Of a stretch of 64,000 nt of DNA, positions 47,245-61,317 are shown in pieces. Source of the DNA: Prorocentrum cordatum. Lineage: Eukaryota. Location of the stretch: NCBI GenBank assembly GCA_963575745.1, contig CAUYUJ010000002.1, forward strand, positions 62,001 to 126,000, read 5' to 3'. The notes beneath the pieces were generated by a model. The model made no database searches, was not told where the DNA came from, and saw only the letters and a list, made by a program, of their open reading frames with translations. Both the position numbers and the translations under genes were made by a program. Every line of letters starts with the position of its first letter. Position 1 is the stretch's first letter.

Positions 47245-47536
47245 TGACGTTGGGCCCCAGCTTCGCCTTCCGCATCTCGCTGAGCAGCGCCAACGCCCGC
47301 TGCCACTGCTCGCCTTTCCCGCACGCTCTGATTCCAGCGTCGTAGCGCAGATGACGTCGGGCTCCAGCTTCGCCTTCCGCATCTCGCTGAGCAGCGCCAG
47401 GGCTCGCTGTCACTGCTCGCCCTTCTCGCACGCGCTGATCGCTCCAGCTTCGCCTTCCGCATCTCGCTGAGCAGCGCCAATGCCCGCTGTCACTGCTCGC
47501 CTTTCTCGCACGCGCTGATCCAAGCGCTGTAGCTGA
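47245..47536 (-). pseudogene. Three degenerate tandem PPR (pentatricopeptide) repeats
   Basis: SYxAxISACEKGEQ(W/*)QRALALLSEMRKAKLEPDVI three times, with TGA stops, a deletion and a frameshift. Confidence 0.85.
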
Positions 47537-48584
47537 CTTGGGCTGACCCGTGGACTCCGTCCACGAAACCTGCACCAACGGACATGTGGTGATGGACATG
47601 GTGCCGAAAGGCTTCTGTCCCTTCTTGCTGCGTGATCCTGACCTCTCCTCCTCCTCCTCCTCCTCCTCCTCCGCCTCCTCCTCCTCCTCCTCCTGCTCCT
47701 CCTCCTCCTCCTCCTCCTCCTCCTCCTCCTCCTCCTCCTGGGCCTCCTTTCCTCCTCCTCCCCTGGATCCTTCATCCCTTCGACGTTGCGTCGTCAATCG
47801 TCGATCCTACGACGGCGCCCCCGAAAGCACAAGCGTCCAGGGCCCTCCGAGCGTGGAAAACAACTCCTTCGGCCGTGCGATGAGCGTCTCGCCTCTCGTC
47901 CGCTGCCCGTGTCTTGAGAGCAGCTTTGAAGCCTCTTCTGGGGGCCGCCTGGAAGCCGTTCAAGAGCCTCTTGGGAGTCTTTTCGGCCTCTTGGAAGACT
48001 TTGGGGCCGCATTGGGCGCCTCGTGGGCCGTCTTGGGGCTGTCTCGGGTAGCTCTCGGGCCGAATTGGGGCCGCTTTGGGCCGTCTTGGGCCGTTCTTCA
48101 GGCCCCGGGTCCATTTGGGCCGTCTTGGGCACCCTCTGGGCCACCTTGGAGCCGTCCTAGGGCGTCTTGCAGCCTTCTGAGGGGCCTTCGGGGCCGCTTG
48201 GGGCAAGCTTAGAGGGTAGTGGGGCCGTCGTGGGCGGTGTGGAAAGGAGAAACGCGAGAATTATAAAAATGCACGTTTCCCAAATGTGCTGGGACGATTT
48301 GTGCTTCTTGTGGCCCTCTTGAAAGCCTTGGTCGAGGCTTCTAAGGGCCTGGAAGCCACTGAGGCGGCCTTGGGGGCCTCCCGAGCGTCTGAAAGCCGTC
48401 TTGCGGCCGTCTCAGCTTCTTGGAGCCACCGTGAGCCGTTTCGGGGTCCCCCTGCGGCCCTCCGGAAGCGTCCTGAGGCGACCCGGGGGCCGCCCGGAAG
48501 CGCGCCCGAGCTGGCTGGCACGGTTTTGTGCTCTTAGATCCACCGCCCTTCCCGCACGCGGCGCCGCCGGCGTTGTAGCGCAGA

Positions 48585-48689
48585 TGGCGTCGGGCTCCAG
48601 CTTCGCTTCCCGCATCTCGCTCAGCAGCGCCAGAGCCCGCTGCCACTGCTCGCCCTTCTCGCACGCGCTGATCCCAGCATTGTAACTGA
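48585..48689 (-). pseudogene. Single 105-nt PPR repeat between Helitron-like units
   Basis: SYNAGISACEKGEQWQRALALLSEMREAKLEPDAI. Confidence 0.85.
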
Positions 48690-51600
48690 GGACTGACCCG
48701 TGGACTCCGTTCACGACAGTTTTCTGGAATGGTTCTTGGAGGAAAAGCAAAGTGTTTGCTGAGAACCTATAGGCACTACGACGGCCGGGGCGGCGGCAGC
48801 GAGACCGTGCCTTTCTCAGTCAGCTTGGCCCCAGCGCGCGGCTCGTTCGCCCCCCTCGTAGGGGGGGTAGTTTCGAAGTCCCTCGGGGATGTGCGTCGAA
48901 GTCGGAGCCCATAGGAGGCGTCTCAGGAGCGCCCAGGGAAGGTTTCTGGAGGCCCTCGGGGGACGCCACCAGGAGCGTAGGGGGAGGCTCGCAAGGATCC
49001 CCGGGGAGGGTCCAAAAGAGAGCTGCAGGAGGGCCTGCTCCGCGGCTTGACGCAGGATCGGCGACCGGACGGCGCCGCTGTGGGAGCGGCACGGGCACGG
49101 CAGAGCTCCGCTCCCAGCGGCGCCCCAGAGCGGCCCAGAGGGGGCCAACTCGCTGCCACCGCCCTCCCACCCTGCGAGCGCGGGGGGGCGGCACGGTGGT
49201 ATAGACTATAGGGCTGGCCCGTGGACTGGTTCCACTTGCGGGGTGAAGCGTGTGAGGGCCTCTGGGGGTGTCACGGCAACGTGGGGCTCGATCCTCGCAG
49301 TCGGCGCACGCCTCTGCGTGGTGTTGCTTGCTGCCGCTGTTTCATGTTGCTGATCATGCTCGCCGCCGCTGCGTATCGTTGTTGCTTGTGGCTGAAGGGT
49401 GCTGCTGTTGGCCACGCTTGCTTGGTGCGTGCTGCTGACCGCTACATGCTGCTGCTGCTGCCGTTGCTGCTGCTGGTTGCTGTTGCTGTGCGCTGACGCT
49501 ATTGTTGCCTGCTTCGTGTTTCGTGCTGCTGCCTTCGGATCATGGGGGCGTTTGGGGCCACCCCAGGATGATCTTGAGCCACCTTGATGCTGCACTAAGG
49601 CCAAGGCTGGAAATTCAGAAGCAACTGCGGTGGGCCTTAATTTCGAACGATGGTCCATTGTGGCTGTGGCCGCCCGAGGAGTTCGGAGGATGCGCGCGGG
49701 CCGCGTGGGCTGGGGAGAAGACCGTAGGCACTGCGGAGAATGCCCTCAATGGCCAGCCTGTCCGGCCAGAGCACTCTCAGAAAGAGCTCCATGACGAGTC
49801 GCCCATTCAGACCAGAGCAGTTGCAGAGAAGGAGAGAAAAAAAGAGGCGCACGGGCGCCGTCTTCTCCTGGGTGGCCGGCGCGGCCCCAGAGCCTTTGGG
49901 AGACTATCCCTCGGAAGCCCCTTGGAAGTGGTTTTGGGGGTGTCCTGCGGTCTCTCGAAGGCCTCTTGGGGCCTGAATTGGGCCTCTCGGGGGTCCTTCT
50001 GGGGCGTCTGGGGGGGCCGCTTGGGGGCCGGCTGGCGGTTTCGAGGATCATCCTGGAGCGGAGGGCGCGAACTGTCAACTCGAGTTCCCCCTCGTGGGGC
50101 CCTCTTGGGGCCGACTTGGGCCGTCTTGGGGGCCTCTTGGGCCATTTGGGGGCCCTCTTGGGCTGTCGGGGGGGGCCTCTTGGGTCATCTTAGCGCGATC
50201 TTGGGAGCCCTGGGGCTGGCTTGGAGACACCAGAAAGGCGAGAACGCTGAAACTTCTCAGAAAGCCGAAAGAAACCAATGAATTTGGCCTCTTGGGGACC
50301 TCCTTAGGGGCCTCTTTAGGCCTTCTTGAGCCGTCTTCCGGCACTTTGGGGCCTTCTTGGGCGTCTGGGGGGCCTCTTGGTAGGAGGCCAACAAGCATGC
50401 ACCGATACCATTCGCCCCCCCCGCGAGCCCACACAGAAGCTATATGTCCTCATTTGTTAAACGTGCGCAATCGGCGCATGCGCGTGGCCATCCTGTTGCA
50501 CCCTATACAGCATACCCCGCCGAGAAAATGGCCGCGAACACATTCGACGCGATAACTTCCTGTGCCATCTTGGGGACGTCTTGGGGCCCAAACACGGCCC
50601 CAGCGGCCCCCAGGAGCGCCCCGCAAGAGCAACAACAGGCTTCCAAAAGAGGTCCCAATGAACCCCTGTTCCAACTCCACAGCGTGAAATTCGAAACGAT
50701 AACATGTACTGCCACTTTGGGGGCCGTCTGGAGCTTCCAAGACGGCCCCAGAAACCCCCAGGAGCGCCCCAAGAGAGCCATAAGAGGGCTCCAAAAAGGG
50801 CCCCGGTGAGCCCCTGGTTCAACTCCAAGACGTGGATTTCGAAGCGAACACTTTCAGTCCCCTGTGGGCAGCCTCTTGGGCCCCCAAGACGGCCCCAGAG
50901 GTCCCCATGAAAATCCTCCCAAGGCCGCGAGAGGGTTCCGAGAGGGTTCCTTGAATTAGCCCCCCCGGTGATGATCCCATGTGCCCTGCTTCGCTCACGC
51001 ACGACGGGCAGCTTTTGCTGCAAACCCCGCACATGCACAAGGGCACCGCTGTTGCTACAAGTCCGCCTCACGAGCGTTTTTGCTACACTCCCCTCTCATG
51101 TGCAAGGGCTGTGCTCTCGCTTCAGCGCCCTCCACAAGGGACATGATTGTGACAATCGCCCCATGCGCACAAGGCAATGTTGTTAAAACTCCCCTCATAG
51201 ACAAGGGAATCGCTGCTGCTGTAATCCCGCCCGACGTTCGGAGAGCTGTTGTTGCTATCCTCCTCATGCACGAGTGTCGGCTTTTGTTTTTCAATGTCGA
51301 ACGCCATGCGTGAAGAGACGTCCGTCCTTAATGCAATCCCACCCATGTGAAAAAACAATTTGGTTACACTCGACCTCGTGACAGAGAGAGCTAATTCATG
51401 ACGCCACCGGGTTGGGAGTGCCGCTCCTGGTGCTCCTTCTGCGTGGCTGCCTGCGCGCTCGCTTCGCTTGCCCCTCTCTTTTCTTGCTGCCTAGTCGCGG
51501 CCCGGCTAGTGATCGGACGGCTTTCGACTTGCTTCGCGAGCCCGCAGACCAAAAAAAACCCACCACCCCCTCCAGAGACGATGCCCAGGCGAGTTGCCTC

Positions 51601-53191
51601 TCAGAGTCTCCTCGGATGTCTCTTGCACATTTTTTGGAGACCTACTGAAGCGTCTTGGGGGCCTCTTGGCGGTCCCGGGGGCCTCGTGGAGCGTCTCGGG
51701 TGCCCCGGGGAGCCTCTTGGGGCCTCTTCGGGATCTCTTGGGAGCCTCTTGAAGCATGTTGGGCGCCTCTTGGGGCCTACTGGGCGCCTCTTGGGGCCAT
51801 CTTGATTTGCTCTTGGGAGCGCTCTTGGGGCCATCTTTGAGGAGATCAATCAAAGAAGGGGGTGGCTTCAATTACGCCCCCCCCCCCTCGGGAGCCCCAC
51901 TAATCGCCTCTTGGACCCTTCTTGGAGCGCTCTTGGGGCGCTCTTGGGCGCTCTTGGGGCCGTCTTGGGGCTCTCTTGGGGACTTCAGGGGCCCTCTTGG
52001 AGCTGTCTTGAGGGCTCGGAAGGCCATCGGAAGCGAAAAGGCGAGAAGGCAAACATCATTGATTTGCCTTAGGTTGTTGGAAGATGTGGCCTCCTGGGGA
52101 AGCTCCGTGGCCACTCTGAGCCGTCTTGGAACTGTTTTGGGGCCTCTTGGAGCATCTTGAAAGCCATATTGAGCCATCTTGGGCGATCTTCAATCAAGAG
52201 AGGCCCAACAGGAGTCAGCACGAGAGGCCCAAGATGAGTCAAGACGAAATGAAAGGAGTGAAAGGAGAGCCCTCCCGCATGACTTCATCTTGTCTCCACT
52301 TGAGCCGCTCCTGGGTCCTCCCAGGGTTCCGCTCAAGATCTTCGGAAGGCTCAGGTATAGCACCAAGACGGCTCGAGAACCCTAAGATGACCCCTCCCAG
52401 ATGCTCCCAGGAGGCCTTTCGAAGCGCAGCGCCAGGAACATCAAGAAAAAAACCTTCCTGACGCTCGGGGGGCCCCTTTCCAAGTCCGCCTCCCCTCCTT
52501 TTCCCACTCTGGCCCCTTGTGGTCCACGTATGGCTTCCTCCTCCATTCCCTCGACCCGCTCCTGTTTCTTTGTTCGTTCCGTTGACCTGGCGCCAACCAT
52601 CAATGGATCGAAACGTGAACAACTATTTTTCTAAACCCACGAGTTTGATGGCGGTGTATGCTTGTTGGCCTCTGACTTAGGGGCCATCTGGCGGTTTCGG
52701 GGGTCATCCTGGAGCGGAGGGCGCAGACTGTCAGTTCGAGTTCCCTCTCTTGTGGGGCCCTCTTGGGGCCGTCTTGAGGGCCTCTTGGGCCGTCTTGGAA
52801 CCCTCTTGGGCTGTCTGGGAGCTCTCTTGGGGGCCCCTTGGGTCATCTTGGCCCGATCTTGGGAGCCCCGGGGCCGGCGTGGAGCGTGGAGACACCGAAA
52901 AGACGAGAACGCTGAAACTCTTCAAAAACCCAAGGGGAACTCAATCATTTTGGCCTCTCGTGGGGCCCTTCTTGGAAGCCTCTTGGAGCCCTCTTGAGCC
53001 GTCTTCTGGCACTGTGGGGCCGTCTGAAAACCAGATTGGCGACCTCTTGGACCGTCTTGGGGGCGTCTCGGGCCATCTTGGGCCGTCTTGGGGCCCTCAG
53101 TGGCCGTCCTGGATTCCTCCAGGGCCGGCTGGGGCCGGGTTTGGGTCATCGGATCCCCCGCCCTTCTCGCACGCGCGAGTCCTGGCATAGA

Positions 53192-53296
53192 TAACGTTGG
53201 GCCCCAGCTTCGCCTCCCGCATCTCGCTGAGCAGCGCCAGGGCCGGCTGCCACTGCTCGCCCTTCTCGCACGCGCTGATCCCCGCGCTGTAGCTGA
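53192..53296 (-). pseudogene. Single 105-nt PPR repeat between Helitron-like units
   Basis: SYSAGISACEKGEQWQPALALLSEMREAKLGPNVI. Confidence 0.85.
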
Positions 53297-56200
53297 CCAG
53301 GGCAGACCCGTGGACTACGTCCACAGCATGCGGCCCGATCTGGTCACAGTTCCCCTGGCGGCCACGAAAGCTTACTCGCATGCAAGGGTGAGGTTCGATG
53401 TATGTGCGACTTCTGGTCTGCAATGCTGCCAGCGACGCTGCTGGCCGGGTGGCCCACAGCTCGACGGCCCGATCGCCTAATGTCTTTGCTGCCTGCGTCA
53501 TGGCTTGCTCGTCCGCTCGCTGCCGCTCGCTGCCGCTTGCTGCTTGGGGCCGCCTTGAGGTCGTCTTATAAGGGAGCGCTGCGTGACCAAACCCCTCCCA
53601 CCCTCCCCTCAGGGCTGCCCGCTTTTATTACTCGCCCGAAGTCGACGCACGTACCTCTGGCAACCTCTGGCCGTCCAGGCATTTACAATTATTTTTCTGA
53701 GCTGCGTGGTGGGCCGTCTTCGAGGCGCGCCGGGCCACTCCGAGGCCGCGAGGGGCCCTGCGGGTGCGGAAGGTGCCAGGGGCCAGGAGAAAGGGAGCGA
53801 GGAGGAGCGAGGGGAGATGAGCAGGGAGAGAGGAGCGTTGAGCAGTGGGCGAGGGAGCGAGAAGAGGGGGTCCCAGAGCGACAAGCACACGAATCTCCCA
53901 GTGGACTCGACGCGCGCGGGGCCAAGCATTCAGACACCTGGCCTCCTCTTGGGTCGCTTGCTCGCCCTCCTCGCACGCGCTGCTCCCAGCACTGTGGCTG
54001 ACCAGGGCGAACCCGTGGACTTCGCCCACGACCTTCAGGTCCCCCTGGTGCGCCTCCACGGCGCGGCTCCGTGCCATGCGCGCATGCCTTCGCGCTCTCG
54101 CGCCCGCACCCACGGAGAAGAGCAGCGCTCCAAGTGCGGCGAAGATCCGTGGGCGGGGTACGCACGGAAAGCTGTAGTGAGTTCTTCCCAGCTGCCTGGG
54201 TGAAGCGTGACGGCGGGCGCCCGCACCCACGGAGAAGGGCAACGGTCCAGATGCGGCCACGAAGCGTGTCCGGGGTACGGCTCGCAGGCTCTGGAAACTT
54301 GTTTGTCCTGCAGAAACCGGAAGGCGGGCGCTGCCTTCTCCTAGGGATAGCTTGGGAGCTTCTCGGAGCTTCTTTCGGCCTCCTGGACGCTCTCGAGGTC
54401 GTCGGCCGTCTATGGAGTTTGGAGCTTTTCGGCTTCTGCGGCCGTCTAAAGATCGTCTTGGCGCCGTCTTGGGCCGTCTTGGGCAGCTCTTGAGGCTGTC
54501 TTGGATGCCTCGTGGGCTGTCATGAGCGCCTCAGGAGCCGTCCGGATGCTGTGTTGGGCTGCCTTGGGGCCCTCATGCGGCTGTCCTGGGAGATCTTGAA
54601 ACACTCTTGGGAGCCTGTATGGCCGTCGTGGTAACGTCGGATACGAAAAGCACGGGAATTACAAACATGTTTCCTTGTTCGGGCCCTCTCGGGGCCCTTC
54701 TCGGTGCCCCGTCGGGACGTTCTGGAGGCGTCTGAAGCCGTGTACAAGGAATCTTGGGCGCCTTGGAGTCTCTCTTGGACGGTCTTAGGCCCCAAAACGC
54801 TCTTTGGCCATCTTCGAAGCGCACCAGGGCCTGCCGCCCGCTCTTGGGAGCCTTGGTGAGAAGAGCTTTGTACTTCACCTATCGCTCTTTTAATGGGCGT
54901 CTCTGGTGGTCCTTGTGGGTTTTTTTTTCTGGCCATTCTGAAGCTTTTTTGAGCTGCTCTGGGAGCGTTTTGGGACGGGGCCATTTGGGGCCGTCACGGG
55001 GCGTCCGGGAGGCCTTGGACCGTCTTGGAGCTCTCTTGAGGCTGCCTGAGGCCGTCTTGGGAGCCTCTTGGGGCCCCCTCGGAGTTCTCTTGGGGCCGTC
55101 TTGGGGTTCTGTGAGGCCGTCTCAAGGATCTCTGGCGTCGTCTTGGGGCTCTTGTGGGCCGCCTTGGAGACCTCTTAGGGGCCGCTGGCGTCTTCTTGGG
55201 GCGATTTGGGAGGCCTCTTGGCGTGTCCTGGGGCGCTGAGGGGCGCACAAGGCGGGCATGCTAAAAATATGCGTTTCGTGTAAAAACAATGACGATGTGT
55301 GCCTCTTTGGCGTGCGCTCGGGGCCCTCTTGGGGCGTCTTTGCAGCCTCTTGGATCGTCGTGGAGCCCCGCCGGGAAGGCTTCGGGCCCTCGTGGGCCGT
55401 CTCGGGACCGACTAAGGCCGTCTTGGAGCGCTCTTGGACGGTCTGGGAACCCCTCTGGAGCGCCTCTGGGACTGGCCTGAGCGATTCGGCCCTGTGGTGG
55501 CGCTCTAAAGGGGCGATTTTGTCCACTTGAGGCCCTGGGCTTCTCGCACGCGCTTCCACCAGCCATGTAGGAGAGACTAGGGCGAACCCGTGGACTACGT
55601 CCACTTGCGGTGAAGCGTGTGGTGGCCTCTGGGGGAGTCATTAAAACGTGGGCTCGACCTTCGCAGTCGGCGCGTGCCTCTGCGTGTTGCTTGCTGCCGC
55701 TGTTGCATGTTGTTGGTAATGCTCACCGCTGCTGCGTGTCGCTGTTGCTTGTGGCTGAATGGTGCTGCTGATGGCCACGTTTGCTTGGTGCGTGCTGCTG
55801 ACCGCTACTACCTGCTGATGCTACTGCTGTTGCCGCTGCTGTTTGCTGTTGCTGTACGCTGACGGCATTGTTGCCTGCTTCGTATTTCGTGCCGCTGCCT
55901 TCGGGTGACATGGGGCATTTTGGGCAACCCCAGGATGATCTTGAGCCACCTTTGACCTGTGTTTGGGCCAAGGCTGGAAATTAAGAAGCAATTGCGGTGG
56001 GCCTTAATTTCGAACGACATTCCATGTTGGCTGTGGCCGCCCGAGGAGGTCGGAGGATGCGCGCGGGCTGCGCGGACTTGGGAGAAGATCGAAGGCACTG
56101 CGGAGTGTGTCCCCGCTGGCCAGCCTGTCCGGAGCACTCTCAGAAAGAACTCCCGGACGAGTCGCCCATTCAGTCTGGAGCCTTTGCAAAGGAGAAAAGG

Positions 56201-56623
56201 ACATGAGAGGTGCATGGGCGCCATATTTTTCTGGGGGGCCGGCGCGGTCCCAGAGCTCTCTGGGAGACCTTCCCTCGGAAGCCTCCAGGGAACGGTTTTG
56301 AGTGTGTCTTGCAGCCTCTCAAGGGTCTCTTGGAACCCTAGATGGGGGCCTTCTCAGGGGCCTCTTGGGGGCCAGCTGGCGGTTTCGGGGATCATCCCTG
56401 AGCGGAGGGCGCGGACTGTCAGTTCGAGTTCCCCCTCGTGGGGCCCTCTTGGGGCCGTCTTGGGCAGTCTTGGGGGCCTCTTGGGTCATCTTAATTGGCG
56501 CGAACTTGGGAGCCCCAGGGCCAGCTTGGAGCGTGGAGCCCCCTGGGGCCGGCAGGGGCCGGTTTTGTGTCATTGGATCCCCCGCCCTTCTCGCACGCGC
56601 GAGCCCTGGCGTTGTAGTACAGA

Positions 56624-56728
56624 TGACGTTTGGCGCCAGCTTCGCCTCCCGCATCTCGCTGAGCAGCGCCAGGGCCCGCTGCCACTGCTCGCACTTCTCG
56701 CACGCGCTGATCCCAGCGTTGTAGGAGA
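56624..56728 (-). pseudogene. Single 105-nt PPR repeat between Helitron-like units
   Basis: SYNAGISACEKCEQWQRALALLSEMREAKLAPNVI. Confidence 0.85.
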
Positions 56729-58015
56729 CTAGGGCTGACCCGCGGACTCCGTCCACGACATCTTTCTGTAATGGTTCTCGGGGGAACGGAGGAGATATTG
56801 CCGAAACCTATGAGCACAGCGACGGCCAGAGCGGCGGCAGCGAGACCGCGCCTTCGTGTCCGAGCTCTTGCGGCGCTCCGGCAGCTTGGCCCTGGCACAC
56901 AGCTCGTTCGCCCCCCTCCTATTGAGGGCAATTTTGAAGTCTCTCGGGGAGATGCGTCAAAGTCGAAGCCAATCTGAAGCGTCTCAGGAACGCCTGGGGA
57001 AGGGCTCTAGAGGCCCTCGGGGAAAGCTCCTGGGAGCGCCGGGGAGGCTCGCAAGGATCTCCAGGGAGGACCCAAGAGAGTTTCAAGAGGGTGTGACATT
57101 CAATAAGATCTTAACAGAAACCGCTGTTGGGTCAGACATGCTGCGCTCCGTATGCAGCCACGAGCCGGGGGAGGGGTCTGCGGGTTGGTCTGGGGCCGCC
57201 TTGCTCGTCGTGAAGACCACTTGCAACGTTTTGGAAGCCTCTTGGGTTTGAGGCATTGCCGGGGCCGCCTGAGGGTTGTCTAGGGCCGACTTGGGCGTCT
57301 CTGGGGCAGTCTGGGCACCGTCTGGGGGTCGTCTTGGGCCGTCCTGGGTAGCTCTTAAAGGCCTGTCTTGGGTGCCCTGTGGGCCGCCAGGGGCGCCTCG
57401 GGAGCCGTCCTGGGGCCATCTTGGGACCCTGTATGGCCGTCTTCGACGCTATGAGGAGGGCAAGCCCAGGAACTGCCAAAATGCACGTTTTACCAAGGGA
57501 ATGGGATGATTAGTCGGTGTTCGGGCTCTCTTGGGGCTCGTCGTGGAGCCTACTTGCAGCGTTTTGGAAGCCTCTTGGTTCGTCTGGAGGACGTCTGAGG
57601 CGTTGTCGGGGCCGTCTGGGGGTTGGCCTGGGGCTGTCTTGGGCGTCTCTGGAGCAGTCTGGGGATCGTCTGGGGGTCGTCTTGGGCCGTCCTGGGCCGC
57701 TCTTCAGGGCTGTCTTGGGTGCCCCGTGGGCCGCCAAGGGCGCCTCGGTCTGGAGCCGTCCTGGGGCCATCTTGGGACCCTGTATGGCCGTCTTGGACGC
57801 AATGAAGCAGAGCTCACTCGGGGCGTTTTGGAAGACTCTTGGACCGTCTTCGGCCGTCTGGGGGCCCTCTTGGGGGCCTCCTCGTGCGTCTGGGAACGCT
57901 CTTGGGCCATCTTGGAAGCGCGCCGAGGCCTGCTGGGGCTCGCAGGGGCCGCCGGAAAGGGCCGGTCCGCTGCCACCGATCGGGAGCTCCGCGAGCGCCG
58001 CCATTGTACGAGAGA

Positions 58016-58120
58016 TAACGACGGGACCCAGCTTCGCCTTCCGTATCTCGCTGAGCAGTGCCAGTGCCCGCTGCCACTGCTCTCCCTTCTCGCACGCGCT
58101 GATACCAGCGCTGTAGCTGA
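58016..58120 (-). pseudogene. Single 105-nt PPR repeat between Helitron-like units
   Basis: SYSAGISACEKGEQWQRALALLSEIRKAKLGPVVI. Confidence 0.85.
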
Positions 58121-59288
58121 CTAGTGTGAAACCGTGGATTAAATCCACGGCGTGCTGAGCCTGGGGCTCGCACACCGTATGTGACCAGCTCGTCGAAGTT
58201 GAACAGCTCCGGCGTCCCTGGGGCGGCAGGGGCGACCTTCGGAGGCACATGTGAACGTCACGTTTGAGGGCACTGTTTGGGGGCTGTGTTTGTGGGCCAC
58301 GTTTGGGGGCGCCTGGGGGCTACGCGTGGGAGTGACGCTCGGGGGCCACGCTTACTGGGGCGATAGGGGCGACCTTCGGAGGCTTTGTGGGGGCCGCCTT
58401 TGGGGGTTCCGTTTGGGGGCCTCGTGCGGGGCCGACGTTTAAGGGGCCACGTCTGGGGGCCACCCTGGAAAGCAGTCGGGGAGCTCCGGGGGCACTGACC
58501 TGGAAGCGTTGAAAGTATTGGGTTTTGCTGATCGCGCCGGGCCTGGGCGCGATTAGCACAAACATAAGGGTTTTCAGGCTCAGTCGGAGTGAGGGGGCCA
58601 CGTTTACGGGCCTCGGTTGGGGGCCGCGCAGGGAGGTCTTGGGGTCATTTGAGGGTCTCGGGCCGTCTCGGAGGTCGCTTTGTGTCCTCTTGTGCGGCAT
58701 CTTGGGCCCTTCTTGGGGCGTTTTGGGGCCATCTTGGGGGCCTCGGGCCGTTTCGGAAGTCGCTTTGGGCCCGCTCGGGCGGGGTCTGGGGCCCAGTTGG
58801 GGCTGACTTGGGAGTCACTTGAAACTCTCTTGGGCCGTCGTGGGGCCCTACTGTCTGCGGGCCTTCTTGGGCTGTCTGGGGGTCCTCCTGGGGCCCTCTT
58901 GGACCGTGCAGGGGCGATGTAGGAAGCCTCCAAGGCCATCCTGGGCCGTTGCGGGCCCGAAATGGAGGGAACAGGAAACCCCTCGAAACCTTCGGGAAAC
59001 GCACAAGTTTTGCCCCTTGGCGCCGTCCAGGCGGTTCTCGGGGGCCGCCTTTTTTGGGCCGTCAGGGGGCTCCGGTCGGGTCGGCTTCGGCCCTTGTGGG
59101 CGTCTGTGAGGCCGTCTTGGAGCGATCTGGGGGTCCTGGAGCCGTCGGCGAGCGCTCCAGGGGCCTCCTGGGGCCGTGGAGGAGCGCCCCAGAGGCTCTC
59201 CGGGCGGCCCGCGGGCTCTCTGGGCGGCCCGGGGCGCTGCCGCAGATTTTCCTTTTCGCAGGCGCCGCGGCCACAATGGTAGTACAGA

Positions 59289-59395
59289 TGACGTTGGGCT
59301 CCAGCTTTGCCTCCCGCATCTCGCTGAGCACCGCCAGTGCCCGCTGCCACTGCTCGCCCTTCTCGCACGCGCTGATCCCAGCGTTGTAGGAGAGA
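59289..59395 (-). pseudogene. Single PPR repeat (107 nt, extra TC) between Helitron-like units
   Basis: SYNAGISACEKGEQWQRALAVLSEMREAKLEPNVI. Confidence 0.85.
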
Positions 59396-61212
59396 CTAGG
59401 GCTGACCCGCGGCCTTCTGGCCGCGGAATCTGCCCGCCATGGCGTGAACGTGGACGTGGAGCGTCTCTGGGGCCTCGCAGGCGAGGGGAGGTTGGAGGGG
59501 CCCCCGGACGGCGTGGATGGAGGTGGCCGCTGGAGAGGGAGGTGGGCGAGGGATGCAGGCAAGCAGGCCTGAAGGAAGGAACGCGATGGTAGAGGCGGTG
59601 TCAGCGGAAGCACACCCATGCAGGTATGACATGATGTGGACAGAAGCTGCTTCTCACGCCACAATATGTGTTCATCATAGCTTCTGCGGGGAGGGTAGCC
59701 GTGATAATTGTATCTGCTCCTCGCCGGGGCCGAATGATAATTTTATCTGGTTGTGTGGTGACAATGGGGGCGGTGGGCGCGGCCTAAGAAGCCCGCAAGA
59801 GGGCGGCGAGACGGCCCAAAAGTTCTCCAGGACTGGCCACGAAGCTTCTTAAACGGCCCCTGAGGGCCCCTCGAACTCCCTAAGTCGGACCCACACGAAT
59901 CGGCATTTCGAGCGCACCGCCCCAAGACGGAAGACGTCCCCAAAAGGCGCAGAGATGGCTCCCATAGGGTCCAAGAAGCCCCTCAGACGACGCTGGAAGT
60001 TCGACGCTCCGCAAGAGAGAAGGATCCAAGGCCTCTTGGGGGCCGTTTAGGGGCCTCTTTTCGTCCTCCTAGGGGTCTCTCGGGGCCCTCTTGGGCCGTC
60101 TTGAGTGCCTCGTGGGTTGTCTTTGGGCGATGTGGGGCCGTCTCGGGCGCCTCTCGGACCATCTTGAGGCCGTCTTGGGACCATCTTGGGCCGATCTTGG
60201 GCGCTCTTGGGGCTGTCTTGGATGTTTCTTGGGCTGTCTCGGGCGCTTCTGGAGCCGTCCCGTGGCCGTCTCAGGCCGTGTTGGGTGGGGCGATCTGGAT
60301 CCCTGTACAGTCGTCTGGGAGACTGTGCAGATGGAAAGGCTTGGAGACGGGGCAGTGGAGGCCTGCACAGCCGTCTTGGAGACGGGGCGCTGGGGCCGTC
60401 CAGGGCTAGTATGAACTGCTCTTGGAGCTGTCTTGCGTGCGTCTTGTGCCGTCTGTGGGGCTTTTTGGGGGCCCTCCTGAGGGCCTCTGAGTGCGAAGCT
60501 GTCTTGGATGCGGTTTGGGCCGTCTCGGGTGCCTCTGGAGCCGTTCCGGGGCCGTGTGGGGCGATATAATGAAAATGTGCGTTTCCCGTCGGGAATGGGA
60601 CGAATTTGGCATCTTGGGGCTCTCCTGAAGGCCCTCCTGGGCCATCTTGGGAGCCTCCTGACTTGCCTTGGGAGCCCCTGGCGCAGTCTTGGAGCTCCTT
60701 AGGGTGCTCTGAGGCCGTCTTGGCGCCCCCTGGAGCCTCTCGGAGCCGTCCCGTGGGCTATTATGAACTGCTCTTGGGGCTGTCTTGTGTGCGTCTTGGG
60801 CCGTCTGGGGCGCCTCTGGAGCCGTCCCGGGGCCGCCTCGGGCCGTTTGGGGGCCCTCCTGGGGTGCTCTGGGGGTGTCTTGGGGCGAGCCGGGGGCCTG
60901 TAAACCCAACTTGGGCACGGTGAAAACGAAAAGAGCAAGCATACCAAAAATGTACGTTTCAATTTTTGCCTCTTGGGTCCCTCCTGGGGGTCCTCCCGGG
61001 CCGCCTTGGGAGCCTTCTGGCCTGCCTTGGAGGCCTCTGGGGCCGACCTGGGGCTCGGTTGGGTCCCTCTTGGTCTGTCTGGGCGCCCTCGTGGGCGTCT
61101 CTGAGCCGTCTCGGAGCGGCCCGGGGGCTCACAGGGCGGCCCGGGGGTCCCGGCCAGTCTTTCGGGACAGAGGGCCTCCTGGCACGCAAAGATTGCTGCA
61201 TTGTAGAAGAGA

Positions 61213-61317
61213 TGACGTCGGGACCCAGTTTCGCCCCCCGCATCTCGTTGAGCAGCGCCAGTGCCCGCTGCCACTGCTCGCCCTTCTCGCACGCGCTGAT
61301 CCCAGCGTTGTAGGAGA
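61213..61317 (-). pseudogene. Single 105-nt PPR repeat between Helitron-like units
   Basis: SYNAGISACEKGEQWQRALALLNEMRGAKLGPDVI. Confidence 0.85.

Noticed and set aside
49570..49590. TGGCTCAAG (minus strand) as an SL relic, also at about 55940
   Set aside because: Only a 9-nt match inside a repeat, with no adjacent ORF. It cannot be told from chance.
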